Below the pieces are notes generated by a model, which saw nothing but the letters and a program-made list of their open reading frames with translations, made no database searches and was not told the origin of the DNA. DNA of 64,000 nt from Octopus vulgaris (taxonomy: Eukaryota). Positions 27,846 to 41,295 of this stretch are shown piece after piece (within the stretch, counting starts at the first letter, position 1; the number at the start of each line of letters is the position of its first letter). A program made the position numbers and the translations under genes. The DNA lies in contig OX597823.1 of assembly GCA_951406725.2 (NCBI GenBank), positions 88,660,001-88,724,000 of the forward strand. The letters run 5' to 3'.

Positions 27846-28153
27846 AAAATCCTACAGAATTGGTCCCTCAAAATTTGAGGCCTTGTGCCCATAGTAGGAA
27901 AGATTATTATTTATTTATTTCAAAATTAATAGTATATTTTGAATTTAGGCGGCTTTACACTTAGATAAAAAGTTATCACCGGCGAACTCAGCCGTCAAGT
28001 GATTGCGTATGGCCTTCCTCATTTCTAACAAGCAGACCATTTGCATATAATATTATTCAATGTGCTTCTTCAAGCCAATCGTTTCAGCCCACTCTTTGAG
28101 ACTTCTCATTGTTTTTTCTAAAGCTCAATTGACAGTTGGTAGAACCTCACTTA

Positions 28154-28189
<36 letters not shown>

Positions 28190-28190
<1 letters not shown>

Positions 28191-28730
28191 GAGTAAGAAA
28201 GCAGTGTATGCCATCAAAGTGACACTGGGGTAAAATATACGAAGCCCACTATGCACATCATGACTATCCGTCCGATAAGGGTACACCAGGCACATGCATC
28301 ACAACCATATGTGCGCGACATGGTTATCTCATACCAAGATAAACAGCACACGGCCTTGCAGGTGGGGCCCAGTTAGAATTTTCTTCTGGTCGAGTAGCCC
28401 ATCCTGCTCAAAAGGTCCCTGAATAAGGGTTGTTTAAAGATGTTGAACGAAACACCCATGTTTCCAAAGGTGAATCATTCAAACTCCAAATAATCCCTCT
28501 CAACACATGGCTATGATGCTCCCCCACTACTTCTGCTCGTGATCAGAGTTGCACATATCGTCAGCCACTAAGGGACATGGTCAACTGGCTAAGGTCAAAC
28601 AACTGACAAGCAAATCTGTGGTATTGAGCAGAATATTTCCTGTAGCCCATCTTTTATACCAAGACAAAACAATGTACATAACACTTCCAATCAGTTAAGA
28701 TCATAAGCCACGAGAGCCACTGCCAGGTCA
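28190..28730 (-). mobile_element. Probable non-LTR retroelement 3' fragment with (TAA)n tail
   Basis: GC-elevated block bounded by (ATT)n tracts; no protein motif recognised, so the class is an inference. Confidence 0.45.
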
Positions 28731-29699
28731 TTTAATATTATTATCATTATTATTATTATTATTATAATTATTATTATTATTATTTGTACAGATTACACGT
28801 TGTCAAAATGATTATTTGTTATTGTTTACGACCCTGGGATTTATAATCAAGAAATTACCGTTTTAATTTTAGGCTTAATTTGACTTTGTGCGGGAGAGGC
28901 TTCACAACATTATAAAACCATACATAATTGTTGGTGTATGCGCGTGTAAACAATTATGAATAAAGATGATGTAGGTTGTTACGGAGTAGATATCTTATGC
29001 TGATTTATAGTCTCAAAGCGAACATGAAATGGAGGAGGAGGATTAAAGCTGAATTAGTCATGATAAAGGGAAACTGGATTGTATAAGATTAATTAGAAAG
29101 TCGTGACAAATTCAAAATGGTGATAGGTTTATACAATATAGATAGTGGCTTCAACGGAAGAAACTCAGGAATCAGCATATATATTGAGAAATATTAATAA
29201 AATGTGATAGAGAATCAAAAAGATGAAGAGATTACTTGAGAGAAATTAACAAGCAAAGTAAATATCCAGCTTAAAGACATAAGAAGCAATAAAAGACTGC
29301 CTTCTTTGAGTGTCATTATACACTATAATAAAAGTGGCTTTAGTGGTATTAGTGGTTATGTATCCAAATAGAAAATCAATATATTCCCTAGAAAAGATAT
29401 TGAGAATACTGTATATGCAGATGTCATTGTATATGTTCTAAATAGGCGCAGGAGCGGCTGTGTGGTAAGTAGCTTCATTACCAGCCATGTGGTTCCGGGT
29501 ATCAGTCCCAACTGATAGCTGCTGTACACAACGTTAGGATAAAAGAACATGACAAAAAAGACAGACATACCCGTATGTGTTTTTGTAAGCACCCATCTTA
29601 ATTAGCCTGCGAAATGTAGACGCCTTCTTTAACAAATTATATTTGCTCAGGAAGTAAAGAGTAATTCCTTAAAGGTCTAAACATCAAAAAATTTTGAAT

Positions 29700-30167
29700 T
29701 ATTTCCGTCATCAGACTGCGGCCATGCTGAAGCAACGCCTTGAAAAAATTTATTCAAAAAAATCCATTCCAGTACTTAATTTGTTTTAAGCCAAGTACTT
29801 ATTTCTGTTGGGTTCCCTTGCCGAGTCGCTAAGTTTAGGGGTTGTGAAGCAGTAGTAGGGGACAAACACAGGCACAAGGGCACACACATACAGATAAATA
29901 TATACTCTTTTGTTTGTTTGTCATTTGACTACGGCTTTGCTGGAGCACTGCCTTTAGCCGACCAAATCGACCCCATGACTTACTTATTCTTTGTAAGCCT
30001 AGTACTTATTCTATCGGTCCCTTTTGCCGAACAGCTAAATTACGGAGACGTAAACAAACCAGCATTGGTTGTCAAACGATGTTGTGTGGGGGACAAACAC
30101 AGACACAAACACACACACACATATACGACGGGCTTCTTTCAGTTTCCATCTACAAAATCCACTCACA
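29700..30167 (-). mobile_element. SINE family B fragments (two adjacent 3' portions)
   Basis: Similarity to 2910-3320; truncated by the pLTR-like segment at 30168. Confidence 0.75.
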
Positions 30168-30345
30168 ATATATATATAGTTGAAAATTACAGAAAAACGA
30201 AAGACAAAGACAGATATATAAACAACAAACAGGTGTATTGGTTTAATGCTTGGGAAGGTGTGAGAGTCTTTTACGTTTCGAGCCTATGCTCTTCAAGAGA
30301 GAGGAACACGAGGAAATAAACAGAGAGAGAATAAAGTAAAACTGT
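30168..30345 (-). mobile_element. Penelope-like pLTR fragment with degenerate hammerhead
   Basis: Minus: ...CTTGAAGAGCATAGGCTC-GAAA-CG-TA-AAAGAC (30265-30300); same GAGC/GCTC stem II and ACGT stem III as the 13712 copy, CUGA core damaged. Confidence 0.55.
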
Positions 30346-31104
30346 TGGACCTTGTGCTCAGTCATGGCATCTGAAGGACTACTTTTAGTTTCCTTCTGCC
30401 AAATTCACTCGCAACTCTTAAATCGGTCTGAATCTGTAGTCGAAGAAACTTTGCCAAGAGGCAACGCAGTGGGACTGTACCCAGAACTACGCGGTTGGAA
30501 AGCAAACTTTTTACAATACAGCCACGCCGGCACCCATATGTGTGTACGTACGTGTGTGTGCGCGTCTGTATTAGTGTGTGGGTATGTTAGTGTTTGGGTG
30601 TAGGATTTTCAGTGTTTGTGCGCATGCGTGGTTTAAAGTAGGGAAATATTGTCAACAAGCGTGGTTAGTTGTAATACAATTACAGTCATACATTTATTTC
30701 AAAGGAGGATTGACATAATTTTATGTTATGTCTGTGGAAGCGAATTCTGAAAATTGTTTACTGGACCACCAATTTTGATTTACGGATTATTGTTACTTAT
30801 AAATGATTAAAAATGGGTCTGTTATACAAAATATTATGGAGTTATGAATCCTGTTTATTTATTGTCAATGAATATTATTCCAGGAATATTTTTGCACTTA
30901 CAGGCTTGGCCAAATGCCACAATTGGTAAATTTAGCAATGTTTTATCTTTAACTAAGACGCATAAGAATAAAAATGCAAAAACATATGCGTCATACATAT
31001 TTACTGGAAAACAAACTTAGAACTGGAAATGGTTCCGATGGAAGATACAACACTCACACGCACACACTATATGCAGGTTTATAAATATATATATATATAT
31101 ATTT

Positions 31105-31760
31105 ATTACATGTGGGTATCAGAGTTATATACTGAGGGAAAGCCACTAAGTGGTTTTCCATCACGCTAGAAACGGGAGTTAAATCCCAAGCCATGATAGA
31201 GCTATTCTTATTTTGATAAGTTGAATGTAGGCGGGCAGAACTATTTGAGAGAATTCAATGATTAGTCATTCCTGTACTTCGAAGTTTAGTCCTTAATGAT
31301 TAAATACACTAATTAATTAATTACGCAATGCATTAAACCGTCTATAGCTCATCAGCAAGAATCGCCTTCGATATGTAAATACAAAACTAATGCATACCGC
31401 ATCAAACAAGACACGCTGTATACTGAGTTTTCAGCTTTAGACATCTGGAATGACTATTCATGTATTCGAGTTTTTGTATTTACATGTCGACAGCGATTCT
31501 CACTGATGAGCCGTAGACAGTTTAATGCATTGATTAATTAATTAATTAATTAATTAGTGTATTAATCGTTAAGGCCGAAACTTCGAAGTAGGGAATGACT
31601 AATCATTTTTGAATGCTCTCAAATAGTTCTGCCCGCCTACATTCAAAGTGCCGAAATAAGATTAGCTCTTTCGCGGTTTGGGATTTAACTACCATTTCTT
31701 GCGTGATAGAAAACTATTTAGTGGATTTCCCTCAGTGTATAACTGTTATACACATATAAT
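31105..31760. repeat. Long inverted repeat (arms 31105-31397 and 31462-31760) carrying hammerhead motifs
   Basis: e.g. TTGAATGTAGGCGGGCAGAACTATTTGAGAG / CTCTCAAATAGTTCTGCCCGCCTACATTCAA; spacer about 64 nt. Confidence 0.92.
31496..31596 (+). ncRNA. Type I hammerhead motif with 67-nt stem II
   Basis: ATTCTCA-CTGATGA-GCC...(TAAT)n...GGCC-GAAA-CTTCGAAG-TA-GGGAAT; the mirror copy at 31268-31362 (minus) has a full 7-bp stem I ATTCTTG/CAGGAAT but TAAA in place of GAAA. Confidence 0.7.
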
Positions 31761-31859
31761 ATTATAATATTTGAGGTCTACGGACATTTTTACTTACGCT
31801 AGCGACTGCTATAAATTAATATTTAATTTTTACCCTATAATAAAAATTTTATATAATTA

Positions 31860-31914
<55 letters not shown>

Positions 31915-31924
31915 AAATATAAAT

Positions 31925-32165
31925 AAATGCGCCCTTTTAAAGCCTAGCCAGGCTCATGGGCCCTGTTTCCCGGTTTCTATGGCGCATGTGTTCCCAGTTG
32001 GACGGGACGCCAGTCCATCGCAGCGTTACTCATTTTTGCCAGCTGAGTCGACTGGAGCAATGTGAAACGCAGTGTTTTGCTCAAAACTCCTCGCCCGGTC
32101 CAGGAATCAAAACCACAATCTTACGATTATGGTACTGACACCCTAACCACGAAGCCGAGCGCCTC

Positions 32166-32168
<3 letters not shown>
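31925..32168 (-). mobile_element. SINE family C (short variant)
   Basis: Same head and tail as 8240-8559; near-identical layout at 52130-52384. Confidence 0.85.
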
Positions 32169-32234
<66 letters not shown>

Positions 32235-33288
32235 CAGGTATGTTTGTATTTTTTTTATAATTGTAAATCGTATATAGTTGCTGTGCCAATGAATAAAAGA
32301 ACGTAAAATAATGACTCACAGGAAAACTGCGTAAAGTATGAAACAAAACAAATTTCACTTAACTTAAATCAAAGTACTTTTTACTTCGCATTACAAGAAA
32401 AATGCAAGTTGTCTACGTTACAATAATCTACAATATATTACAGGCAAATAGTTCGGGAAAATTATGCAAGGTTTCTAGTACTTGGCATAGTTTGGAAATT
32501 CGGTAGGGAATGGGAAAAACAATACGCTTCCTGAAGTGCGCATTATATGAAGAATGTGTAACTGATATTGGAAAACATTTTACGGAAACGTTTCAATAGA
32601 AAACAAGTATTTTCCAAAATTGTTCAGTCATTCTTTAGGTGGATAAAAGATACCATTTATCACTTCACCAACCATGAGGTTGAGATTAGGCTAAAGCTTA
32701 ACCTAATATTTACGGAGATAATAATGTAGATGTCGAGTCGTACACCATGTAAGGTACTGCTTTATCCGATATAACATACTTTTGGAATACTAATCTATAC
32801 AGTCTTAAAGATAGGAAAACCACATCCAATAATGTAGCCCTTGATATACTCTTAGGGATAATGCGGAGTGATCAAGGTTGGATTACGGTCGATAAAATGG
32901 GGTTGATCTGTAGCTAAACAACAATGGAGAGAATAGCAGTGAAATGGGGGGTTTTTCTGCTTTTTTTTTTTCAAACCATGGTTTAGAGTCTAAAGGAAAG
33001 GAAGGCCGTATTGAATAAAAGGGATTCGAGACATTATGTCTGAAATGATAAGACTAGAACGGTAATATGATACTCTTACTCATAGATGTGCCTAATCTGC
33101 ATAGCATAGGCTCGGGAACAAGGGGTGCAAACGCACTCACTAAAATGTTTGGCGAAGCAATGAAAATGTTTTGGGCAACATCATGAAAATCTTCATCGCT
33201 AAAGTGAAGAAGCGTAGAAACATTTTTGGACTGATTTAAAACATTACTTTTCTATTACTGCGTTTATCTGATTTGATTGTTGTACAAA

Positions 33289-33325
<37 letters not shown>

Positions 33326-33353
33326 GTTATTATTATTATTATTCCTGTGCTTA

Positions 33354-33560
33354 AAGTGGCGAGCTGGCAAAACCGTTAGCACGCCGAAAAATATTCTTTC
33401 GTCCTTTTTTACGTTCTGAGTTCAAATTCCGCCGAGGTTAATATTGCCTTTCATCTTTTCTGGAACGATGAAATAAGTACCAGTTGTGTACTGGAGTCAA
33501 TTAAATCGACTAACCCCTTCCCCCAAATGTCGAATCTCGAGCCTATAGTAGAAGGGATAA
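33354..33560 (+). mobile_element. SINE family A
   Basis: GTGGCGAGCTGGCAAAACCGTTAGCACGCCG head plus central domain. Confidence 0.8.
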
Positions 33561-34115
33561 TTATGCATGTTTGATTTGATATTATGTTTGAAAAGATCGC
33601 CCTTGTTTCTAAAAGAATTTGGACCTGAGCTTGCGCACCCTAACACAAATTCATCCCCGCATTAAAGTTAATTAGCAGTACAATACGGGTCTAAACAAAA
33701 GTATCACTGAAAAATGGAGGAATATTACATCATCTGTTAATTAAAAGAATTGATTACATAGGTTACATCTAACCTGGTTGTATTTGCTAATTTTCCTAAT
33801 GAGAGTTTTCTTTCTTTTTAAACAACCCTTTTCGACAAAACATTTCTTCTCTAAAATGTCGTTAGCGGCTTTCGAGAAGTAATGCCAGTGGAACAGTGAA
33901 ATTGTAGCAACATTCTTCTTTATTACGGCGTTTCTAAAACTGATTGTAAATATTTTATTCTACTTTGTTTTATGAAACACATAATTACTGAATGTTTTTG
34001 TCCTATTAGAAGCAAAAGGGACGTAAATTCAATGACTGGGAATCGAAACTGCAACACAAGCTTTACCTGATTAAGAGAATAAAATAATATATATATATAT
34101 TTCTTTACAGATAAT

Positions 34116-34507
34116 CCTTTCTACTCTAGGCACAAGGCCTGCAATTTGGTGGAGGGGATGGTCGATTTCATCAACCCCAGTGCGTAACTGGTATTTATTA
34201 CATCGACGCTGAAAGAAAAGGCAAAGTCGATCTCGGCGGAATTTAAGCTCAGAACGTAGTGACGGGCGAAATACCTATTTCTTTATTACCCACAAGGGGC
34301 TAAACACAGAGAGGACAAACAAGGACAGACAAACAGATTAAGTCGATTATATCGACTCCAGTGCGTAACTGGTACTTATTTAATAGACCCCGAAAGGGTG
34401 AAAGACAAAGTCGACCTCGGTGGAATTTGAACTAAAAACGTAGCGGCAGACGAAATACTGCTTAGCATTTCGCCCGGCGTGCTAACGTTTCTGCCAGCTC
34501 GCCGCCT
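34116..34507 (-). mobile_element. SINE family A, full length with TSD
   Basis: Reverse complement of the 2351 copy; about 15-bp TSD TTCTTTACAGATAAT / TTCTTTACAAATAAT. Confidence 0.88.
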
Positions 34508-35744
34508 ATTCTTTACAAATAATATCAAATGAAGTGTAAGGCAGACGGAAATTAGCGTAAACCAAGTAGAAATAAAGGAATTATTAGTTATCAGGTTTTC
34601 CAGATATAACGGAAACCGAAATCAAAACCGACTTTCTGTTTTCTTTTGAATATTCTGATCCGCCCCGTGGTGTTGGTTTGCATAGTATTAGACGGAAATG
34701 AAAGATACAAAATTAGATCGCTTATGAATCAACACGCTTATCTATCTCACGTTTATGTCTGTATTTCTTTGCAGACAAATTGGTGCCGATTTCGACTTAA
34801 TTATTGAGTTGAATTATGTACCTTTAACCCGAAAGGATTTTCAATTCAAACCATATGGAGAGTCTATTCAATTCAGCTATCAGAGAAACAGAAAACGAGA
34901 TTATTATATATATAAAAAAAGTTCCGAACCATACTCTCCACGCCTTTAATACCTATTTTAATTAAAATGCGTAACATTAATATCATCCCGTTACATTTTT
35001 GAAATAATTGGATTCTTTTTAAATCAACACCACTTGAACAGCAACATTTCAAAGCCTCAAACCATGCAACTACTTCTCTTGTTTCTGAATATTTTCAGTA
35101 TAAGAAGTACATGATTTCTATTCCGAGTAATATTTCACTTGATATATATCGGTGAGGCATTAGGGAAAGTTTTCAATACATAATTCTCTATTTAATTCTA
35201 TTCTATTTATATTAGCCAAATGAAATTAATTTGATATTATCATTGACTAACATAACAGGAAATATATACAATTTACATTTGAAAAATATATTTACAAATA
35301 TGAGTTTTTGAAATTAAGTCGACATTTGTGGTTTCTATATTGTTTAATAACCAGAAAAAACATATTTTGAAAAGCGTGGCATCTTAATTAAATGCCATGA
35401 ATTTACAGTATATTACTATGAATTGGTTCGTTCCGCAAATAATTTGGAATGTTGAGTTATATGCGAAATGAAAATACGGGAAATAAAGACAGAAAATTTG
35501 TGAAAAACATCATATTAGTGAGAGTAGCTATTGCCGTGAGTAGCATAATTTCTGTATGTTTGTATTCCATTTAGGCTTGAAAGCAGTGAGTGAAATATTT
35601 ATTTACTACCTATCTCGTAGACACTAAAGAATTATTTCACTTACTTCTAACTTATGAATACTTAATTCCATACAGTAGAATTTCTGAAGACAATCACTGA
35701 CGTACATACAAACAAGATGTTATCAAAAATATGTAAATATCACA

Positions 35745-36575
35745 TATTGTTGATCAAATCGTTGGAAATAAAGCAATCCCTCCAAGTTAACCAGGTCCAT
35801 CGCCAGGGACATGAGAGTGTCTGAGTTTCTTATCAGGCAGGTAGTGCATGAAGACATTCTGCATTCCTCATAGTAGATGAGAAAGGGCCAATTTTTATCC
35901 CAATCCATCAAGGACAAGAGGAAAGACCGCGCTACGAAGCTTTTGAACAAACGCAAGCGCCCCTGCAAACGAACAGGCTTTCGTTTTTCTCAGACGAGAA
36001 AATTTTCTGGTAGGATTAGATATTTTTTCTCAGACGAGGAAAACTTCTGCCAGGATTAGATAATGAACACACAGAGCAACTGTTGGCTTGCAATGTCCTC
36101 AAAGAATGCACCGTGTGTGATAAAAATCAAGCACCCAGTCAACATCCTGGTGTTTGGAGGTATCGCTAGAGATAGCGACGTTATGCTTCCATTCATCTTC
36201 CAACAAAGTCCCAACTCGGAGGACTACAAGTGTCTGGAGGAGATAGTGCTGCCCTGGGTCAGGAGGGTGTTCTGTGAAGACTCTGTACCATCCTTAAAGA
36301 ATAACACAGTAATCGCTATCAGACAATTTCTGCGACCATATCATTGCCAACATCTGGTCGCCTAAATCTCTACACAGCAACCCCCTTAATTGTTATGTAT
36401 GGGGCGCACTTGAGCGAGAGACCAACAAGACTCCTTGTAATACCAACGATGAACTGAAGGCAAGGATTATGGCAGCATTCACCAACTTAAACAATGAGGC
36501 CGTGCAGAAGAGCTGCAGGAGATTCCGAAGTCGTCTGGATGCCGTAGTTGAACCCAATGGCGATTTTATTGAATA
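35745..36575 (+). mobile_element. Decayed Tc1/mariner transposase, maT (DD37D)-like
   Basis: FFSDEENFCQD, KHPVNILVFGGIARD, WSPKSLHSNPLNCYVWGALERETNKTP, CRRFRSRLDAVVEPNGDFIE; frameshifts and stops present. Confidence 0.85.
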
Positions 36576-37335
36576 CATTTATTCTTTTACTATTTTACTT
36601 GTTTCAGTCATTTGACCGCGGCCATGCTGGAGCACCGCCTTTAGTCGAGCAGGTCTGAAGACAAAGAATGTAAAACATCGGGTCGATTAATTCAAATAAA
36701 AATTCTTCTATGCACTGCCTCAGCATGGCCGCAATCTAATGACTAAAGGAAAAAAAGATAAAGGAAAAAGAAATCCTCCAGTCGTTTCCTTGAATAGCTT
36801 CAATACTCAATGTATGAAGGGGTACATGCATATGTGTGTTCTGTATGTAGGTGTATCAAAACAACAGAGACGCTTTCTACACTGAATTTAGAAGAATATT
36901 ACAAGAGGAATTCTGAACAGGAAATGTATCTAGAGAAAAGAAAAAAAACACAATTCTCGAAAACGAAATTTGACGATTCAGGCCATAAGATTTAGCTAAG
37001 TAGGATATACGTTCGACAAAAATCGTGTTGCGACTTTGTACAACTAACAGTGTTTGCCTGGTAACACTGAGTTAAATATAACCAACAATAAAGGTGACGT
37101 ATGAAGATTTCATGCGCAATTTTCTTGCCTTGATTTGATACGAGAGAAAAGCTAAACAGAAATAACAAACGGAGAATGTGCTGTTACTAAAATTATAATT
37201 AAGAGTTGCAATAATTTCTTTTTCTATGACACAAATAGGGTTTGGCGTGTGGAGAAAAACGTAACGAAAGTAGATTTAAATGCCATGTGGTGAAGAGATT
37301 ACATGGCTATGTGAAAGCGTGTGCAGCTATGCTTG

Positions 37336-37392
<57 letters not shown>

Positions 37393-37798
37393 GCATAAGT
37401 ATTGGGTCTATGTGTGTAGTCGTGTGTGTGTGTGTATGTATGTATGTGTATATATATATATATATATATATCATATATACACACATTCACACATATATGC
37501 ATGATACATCTGCATATATTGTATGTACGTGTAGTTATCTATATATGAATGTGTATATACAGTCATACAGTCACGTACACACAAACACACACATAGGTGC
37601 ACACATACAAATATACATGCATACATACATACATACATACATACATACATACATAATACATACATACATACATGCAAACATATGTTGTAATACATATGTT
37701 ATGTTGTAATCCGTTAGGAACATGTTAAAGTAACTAAGAATAACTCAAGAGCATAGGTAGCCTAATTATATACTTCGAACCTAACATTGGGCATTCGA

Positions 37799-38780
37799 CG
37801 TGTGTAAATATAAATTGAAGACATTGGAGTCAAGAAGAGGGAGTACGTTTGGACGTTTATCTATTATTCACTACAATTGTTTTGACGCAGCGTAGTTTCC
37901 CAAGAATACAGGTATTTGATTATGCAACCGTTTGTTTGCATAATGCGATCTAGTTGTGTTTCCTCAGGCGATATACAAATGTTGTTTTCTTTAGCTTAAA
38001 ATTTTCGTCTTCAAGGCCATCCTCTCTGTTTGTAGCAGTCCGAAATTGATCGTGACTGAAATCTTCATGTTGCGAGCTGTGAGAGCATGTTTCTCCGATC
38101 ACTATGGAAGGTAGTGTGTGGCACAGACTAGCCTTTCAGTGGGGTTGTTTTCTGTTTGGCTGTATTTCAAATTTGTTCTTCGTGGTTGGCTGCACATGTG
38201 AATTTCCTACGCTGATCTTACATATTCATTGGTTAGATAAGTACACATATATACATACAGCAAGTCACACGTACATTCTTACAAAAAGAACTAATTATAT
38301 TGCCCATACATACCCATATACGCACTCAAATATACATACCCAAATTTTGGCAACTATATACACATGCATATATGCGAGTGTATACTTGTGCGTACACACT
38401 TAAGTACACCGATCAACATATATACTTATACACTTATATATATATATATATACCCTCTCGCGTTTGTGGGTGTATATACATACTCACATATACACCTACG
38501 TATACGCATATAAGGATTTCAGCCACAACAAAATTCAAACTTCTACAAACAGAGGGGATGGTCTTGAAGTCAAAGATGTTAAAGTAGCGGAGGTAACACT
38601 TGTATATCGCCTGAGGAAACATAATTAGATCTCAGTATACAAACAAACGGTTGCATAATCAAATACCTGTACTCTTGGAGAACTACGTTGTGTCGAAACA
38701 ATTGTAGCGAATAAGGAACAAATCTCCAAATGTACTCCCTCTTCCTGACACCAATCTCTTCAGTTATATATACGCACACA
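37799..38780. repeat. Long inverted repeat (arms 37799-38074 and 38506-38780) carrying hammerhead motifs
   Basis: e.g. TACAGGTATTTGATTATGCAACCGTTTGTTTG / CAAACAAACGGTTGCATAATCAAATACCTGTA; spacer about 430 nt. Confidence 0.92.
38607..38710 (+). ncRNA. Type I hammerhead motif with 77-nt stem II
   Basis: TCGC-CTGAGGA-AACATAA...TTGTGTC-GAAA-CAATTG-TA-GCGA; mirror copy at 37868-37971 (minus) has GAAA>AAAA. Confidence 0.7.
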
Positions 38781-38799
38781 CGTATATGTGTGGGAAGTC

Positions 38800-39320
38800 G
38801 GACTTAGTGCTACTAGTAACATGCAACCTAGTAACCCGTTGAACGATTGGGCTGCAGGTTACTAAACAATTGACACTACGAAGGTGGCTTTTGTATCACA
38901 ACTTGGGGATCGAAAAACAAGACCGGTATGTCAACAGCCATCGACAGCTGGGAGTAGGTGATTCCAACTCTTTGCTTCGACTTCCCGCTGGGAGGGACCA
39001 CCTGCAACTTATTCTGCTTCCAATACCGAAAGTCCTTCTTTTTGAGCAAATGCATACGTTTTGAATGTGGACTGGTCCTTTCCTCACTTTAAAACATTTT
39101 TGGTACAGGCATCGCTTGATTCTTAACGTAGTGTGCAACGTGTTGCCTGCCTATAGCTGGTGGTAACCTGATAACGACAAAACACTCGATGAAATCTTCC
39201 AAAATAGAATGCAGATATGTGTTCAACTCCCTGAAGACCTATTACAAGGGGTTCCCATCACTACCAAATGTGTGTAAAAGTATATAGGTCCCTGAAAAGT
39301 GTGAAAAGCCAGGTCCGTGC
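38800..39320 (-). pseudogene. Possible highly decayed Penelope-like reverse transcriptase fragment
   Basis: Minus frames give HTFQGPIYFYTHLVVMGTP (cf. F.F.G..Y.Q..GVAMGSP), then YVKN (cf. YVDD) and VLFFD (cf. LPFLD) in the expected order; by-eye similarity only. Confidence 0.4.
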
Positions 39321-39639
39321 TTCTTTAAGAGAAGAATCGAGTTGTAGCCATAATATATGTAACTATTATTTACCTGTGAATTTTCTTTGAGTTAAATTTA
39401 AATTAGCCGGTTGCTAACAAAGCGACAAAACTCTTTGAGTTAAGAAAGCTCGCGGCGTTCGTAAATATATGGTTAAGTTGATGTATTTGTTGATATGTCA
39501 ATGCATACCACCAATTGTGTGCATCTATTCACATCAGAATCTTAGATGGGGAATTTTGGGAGTGTGTTACAAATCTTCACTGCGCCACCAATAGATTGGA
39601 TTTATAGAATTCGCGTGAATTTCTTTTGCTCTTTTACCG

Positions 39640-39975
39640 TGAAGCCGAGTATTTCAAAGATTTTGTACATCGAGTACTTGCTTATTCTATCGATCACTTT
39701 TGCCGAACCATTAAGTTACGGTGCTATAAACACACCAACACCGGTTGTCAAGTGGTAATGATAGGACAAACACAGACACACACACATAGGTGCATACATA
39801 CATACATTCATACGTGCATGCATATATTTATATATACAAGGGGCATCTTTTAGTTTCTGTCTACAAAATCCACTCACAAGGCATTGGTCGGCCCGAGGTT
39901 AGAGTAGGTGCCACATAGTGGGACAGAACCCAGAGCCACTGGTTGGGAAGCAAGCTTCTTATCACACAGCCAAAT
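39640..39975 (-). mobile_element. SINE family B (diverged)
   Basis: Similarity to 2910-3320. Confidence 0.75.
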
Positions 39976-40639
39976 TTCTACATGCATACACACACACACA
40001 CACGCGCACATATATATATGTGAGTGGAGAAGTACATTCATACTTATATGCACACATTCACAAGAATCCTCAAAATTATAATGGTGTGTACACATGAATA
40101 CAAGAATATCGGATGTGGTATTAATTATAATATATTCCATTAAGTCAGGCTTTTCATTTTGTAACAACGTAAACAGACCTCACACTTAGATTCTGTAAAA
40201 TAAACATTCGTAATTGAAAAACTATTAAAATTCATCATATCGTGATTATTCAAGGAAATGGATTTATAAATATGTTTTATTTATTGAGTAATTATTTTCC
40301 CTGTCCAACTGGCGCTGTTACAACTTATTTAAGAAAATTGCAGTAGCCAGACATTTAACTTCACCGAAAAGTATCCCTGCTAGATTGTTACATTTTGTTT
40401 TGTCTTAACTGTACACCGTGAATATAGCATTTTTTTTCTTTTGTCTGGTACATCAATAAATCTTTTGCGAATAAGTCGAAATGTCTATAAATACGAACCG
40501 TCCGCACGTTTGGCAGACTTGTAATACATCTTACTCATCTAACGAAAGACTCTGCGCACTAACGTTGGTGTCTGTTAGTCTTAGATACACATTCCCTTCA
40601 AAGTAAATCTGATAGTCTTGGAAATGAAGAGGTACATAA

Positions 40640-41295
40640 CAAACTGTAGTTCGAGATAAACGTTGCTCGTCTTACAAATGGAATGGCCACGTCTTGAAAA
40701 TGTTTTATGAAGACCTGCTCAGTAGAGTTCTACCTGGAATCATTTACAGAAAACAGATCAATTATTACATATTATAAGATTGTACTCCATGAATTTTATG
40801 ATTAGTAATTAGAACTTGATTGAATAGAAAATAACATGGCTTGGTAATTTGGATGAATTATAGCATCTTTTCAGTAGATATAGCGATAGCATCCCTCCAG
40901 CTATCCAGAACTGCAAAAACAATCCTCACAGTTGAACATACAATGTCCAGGGAGGACAGAATCGACATTTCTCAGATATCAGAACTTGGTTGACGAGGCA
41001 CTTCTCAAGGAATAGCATGAAGCCTCATTTTTATTGAAGTCAGCTGTCGCGGTATTCCATAGGCAGGTGCGCCACTTTTTAGAGAAATTGATCTGGAATC
41101 AAGAGAAATGAAGAGATCATTCAAGGAGAGAGGCATAACAGCAGAAACCAACAAAAAATAGCTTTGGTTGACGAGGGATCACAAATGGAATCTTTCCACA
41201 GCCGAAGACCAATTTAGTCGGCGGTACTTCACACCGGAAAAACATACAGGGAAAGGCCGATATGCTTGTGACCTTGAGATACCTGCTGATGATAT
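40640..41295 (+). mobile_element. Non-LTR retrotransposon 3' fragment with restriction-like endonuclease (HERO-like)
   Basis: DIAI...SRTAKTILTVEHTMSREDRI...YQNLVDEA...FIEVSCRGIP...AETNKK*LW resembles the RPDIV..IELTVPWE..KYQ.L..VEVGCRGFP..WLW motif series. Confidence 0.7.

Noticed and set aside
33100-33660. Possible MITE (GGGGTGC...GCACCC ends) around a SINE
   Set aside because: TIRs and TSD are too degraded to support a call.
35984-36062. About 39-bp tandem duplication over the FSDE motif
   Set aside because: Real, but ordinary decay within a dead transposase.
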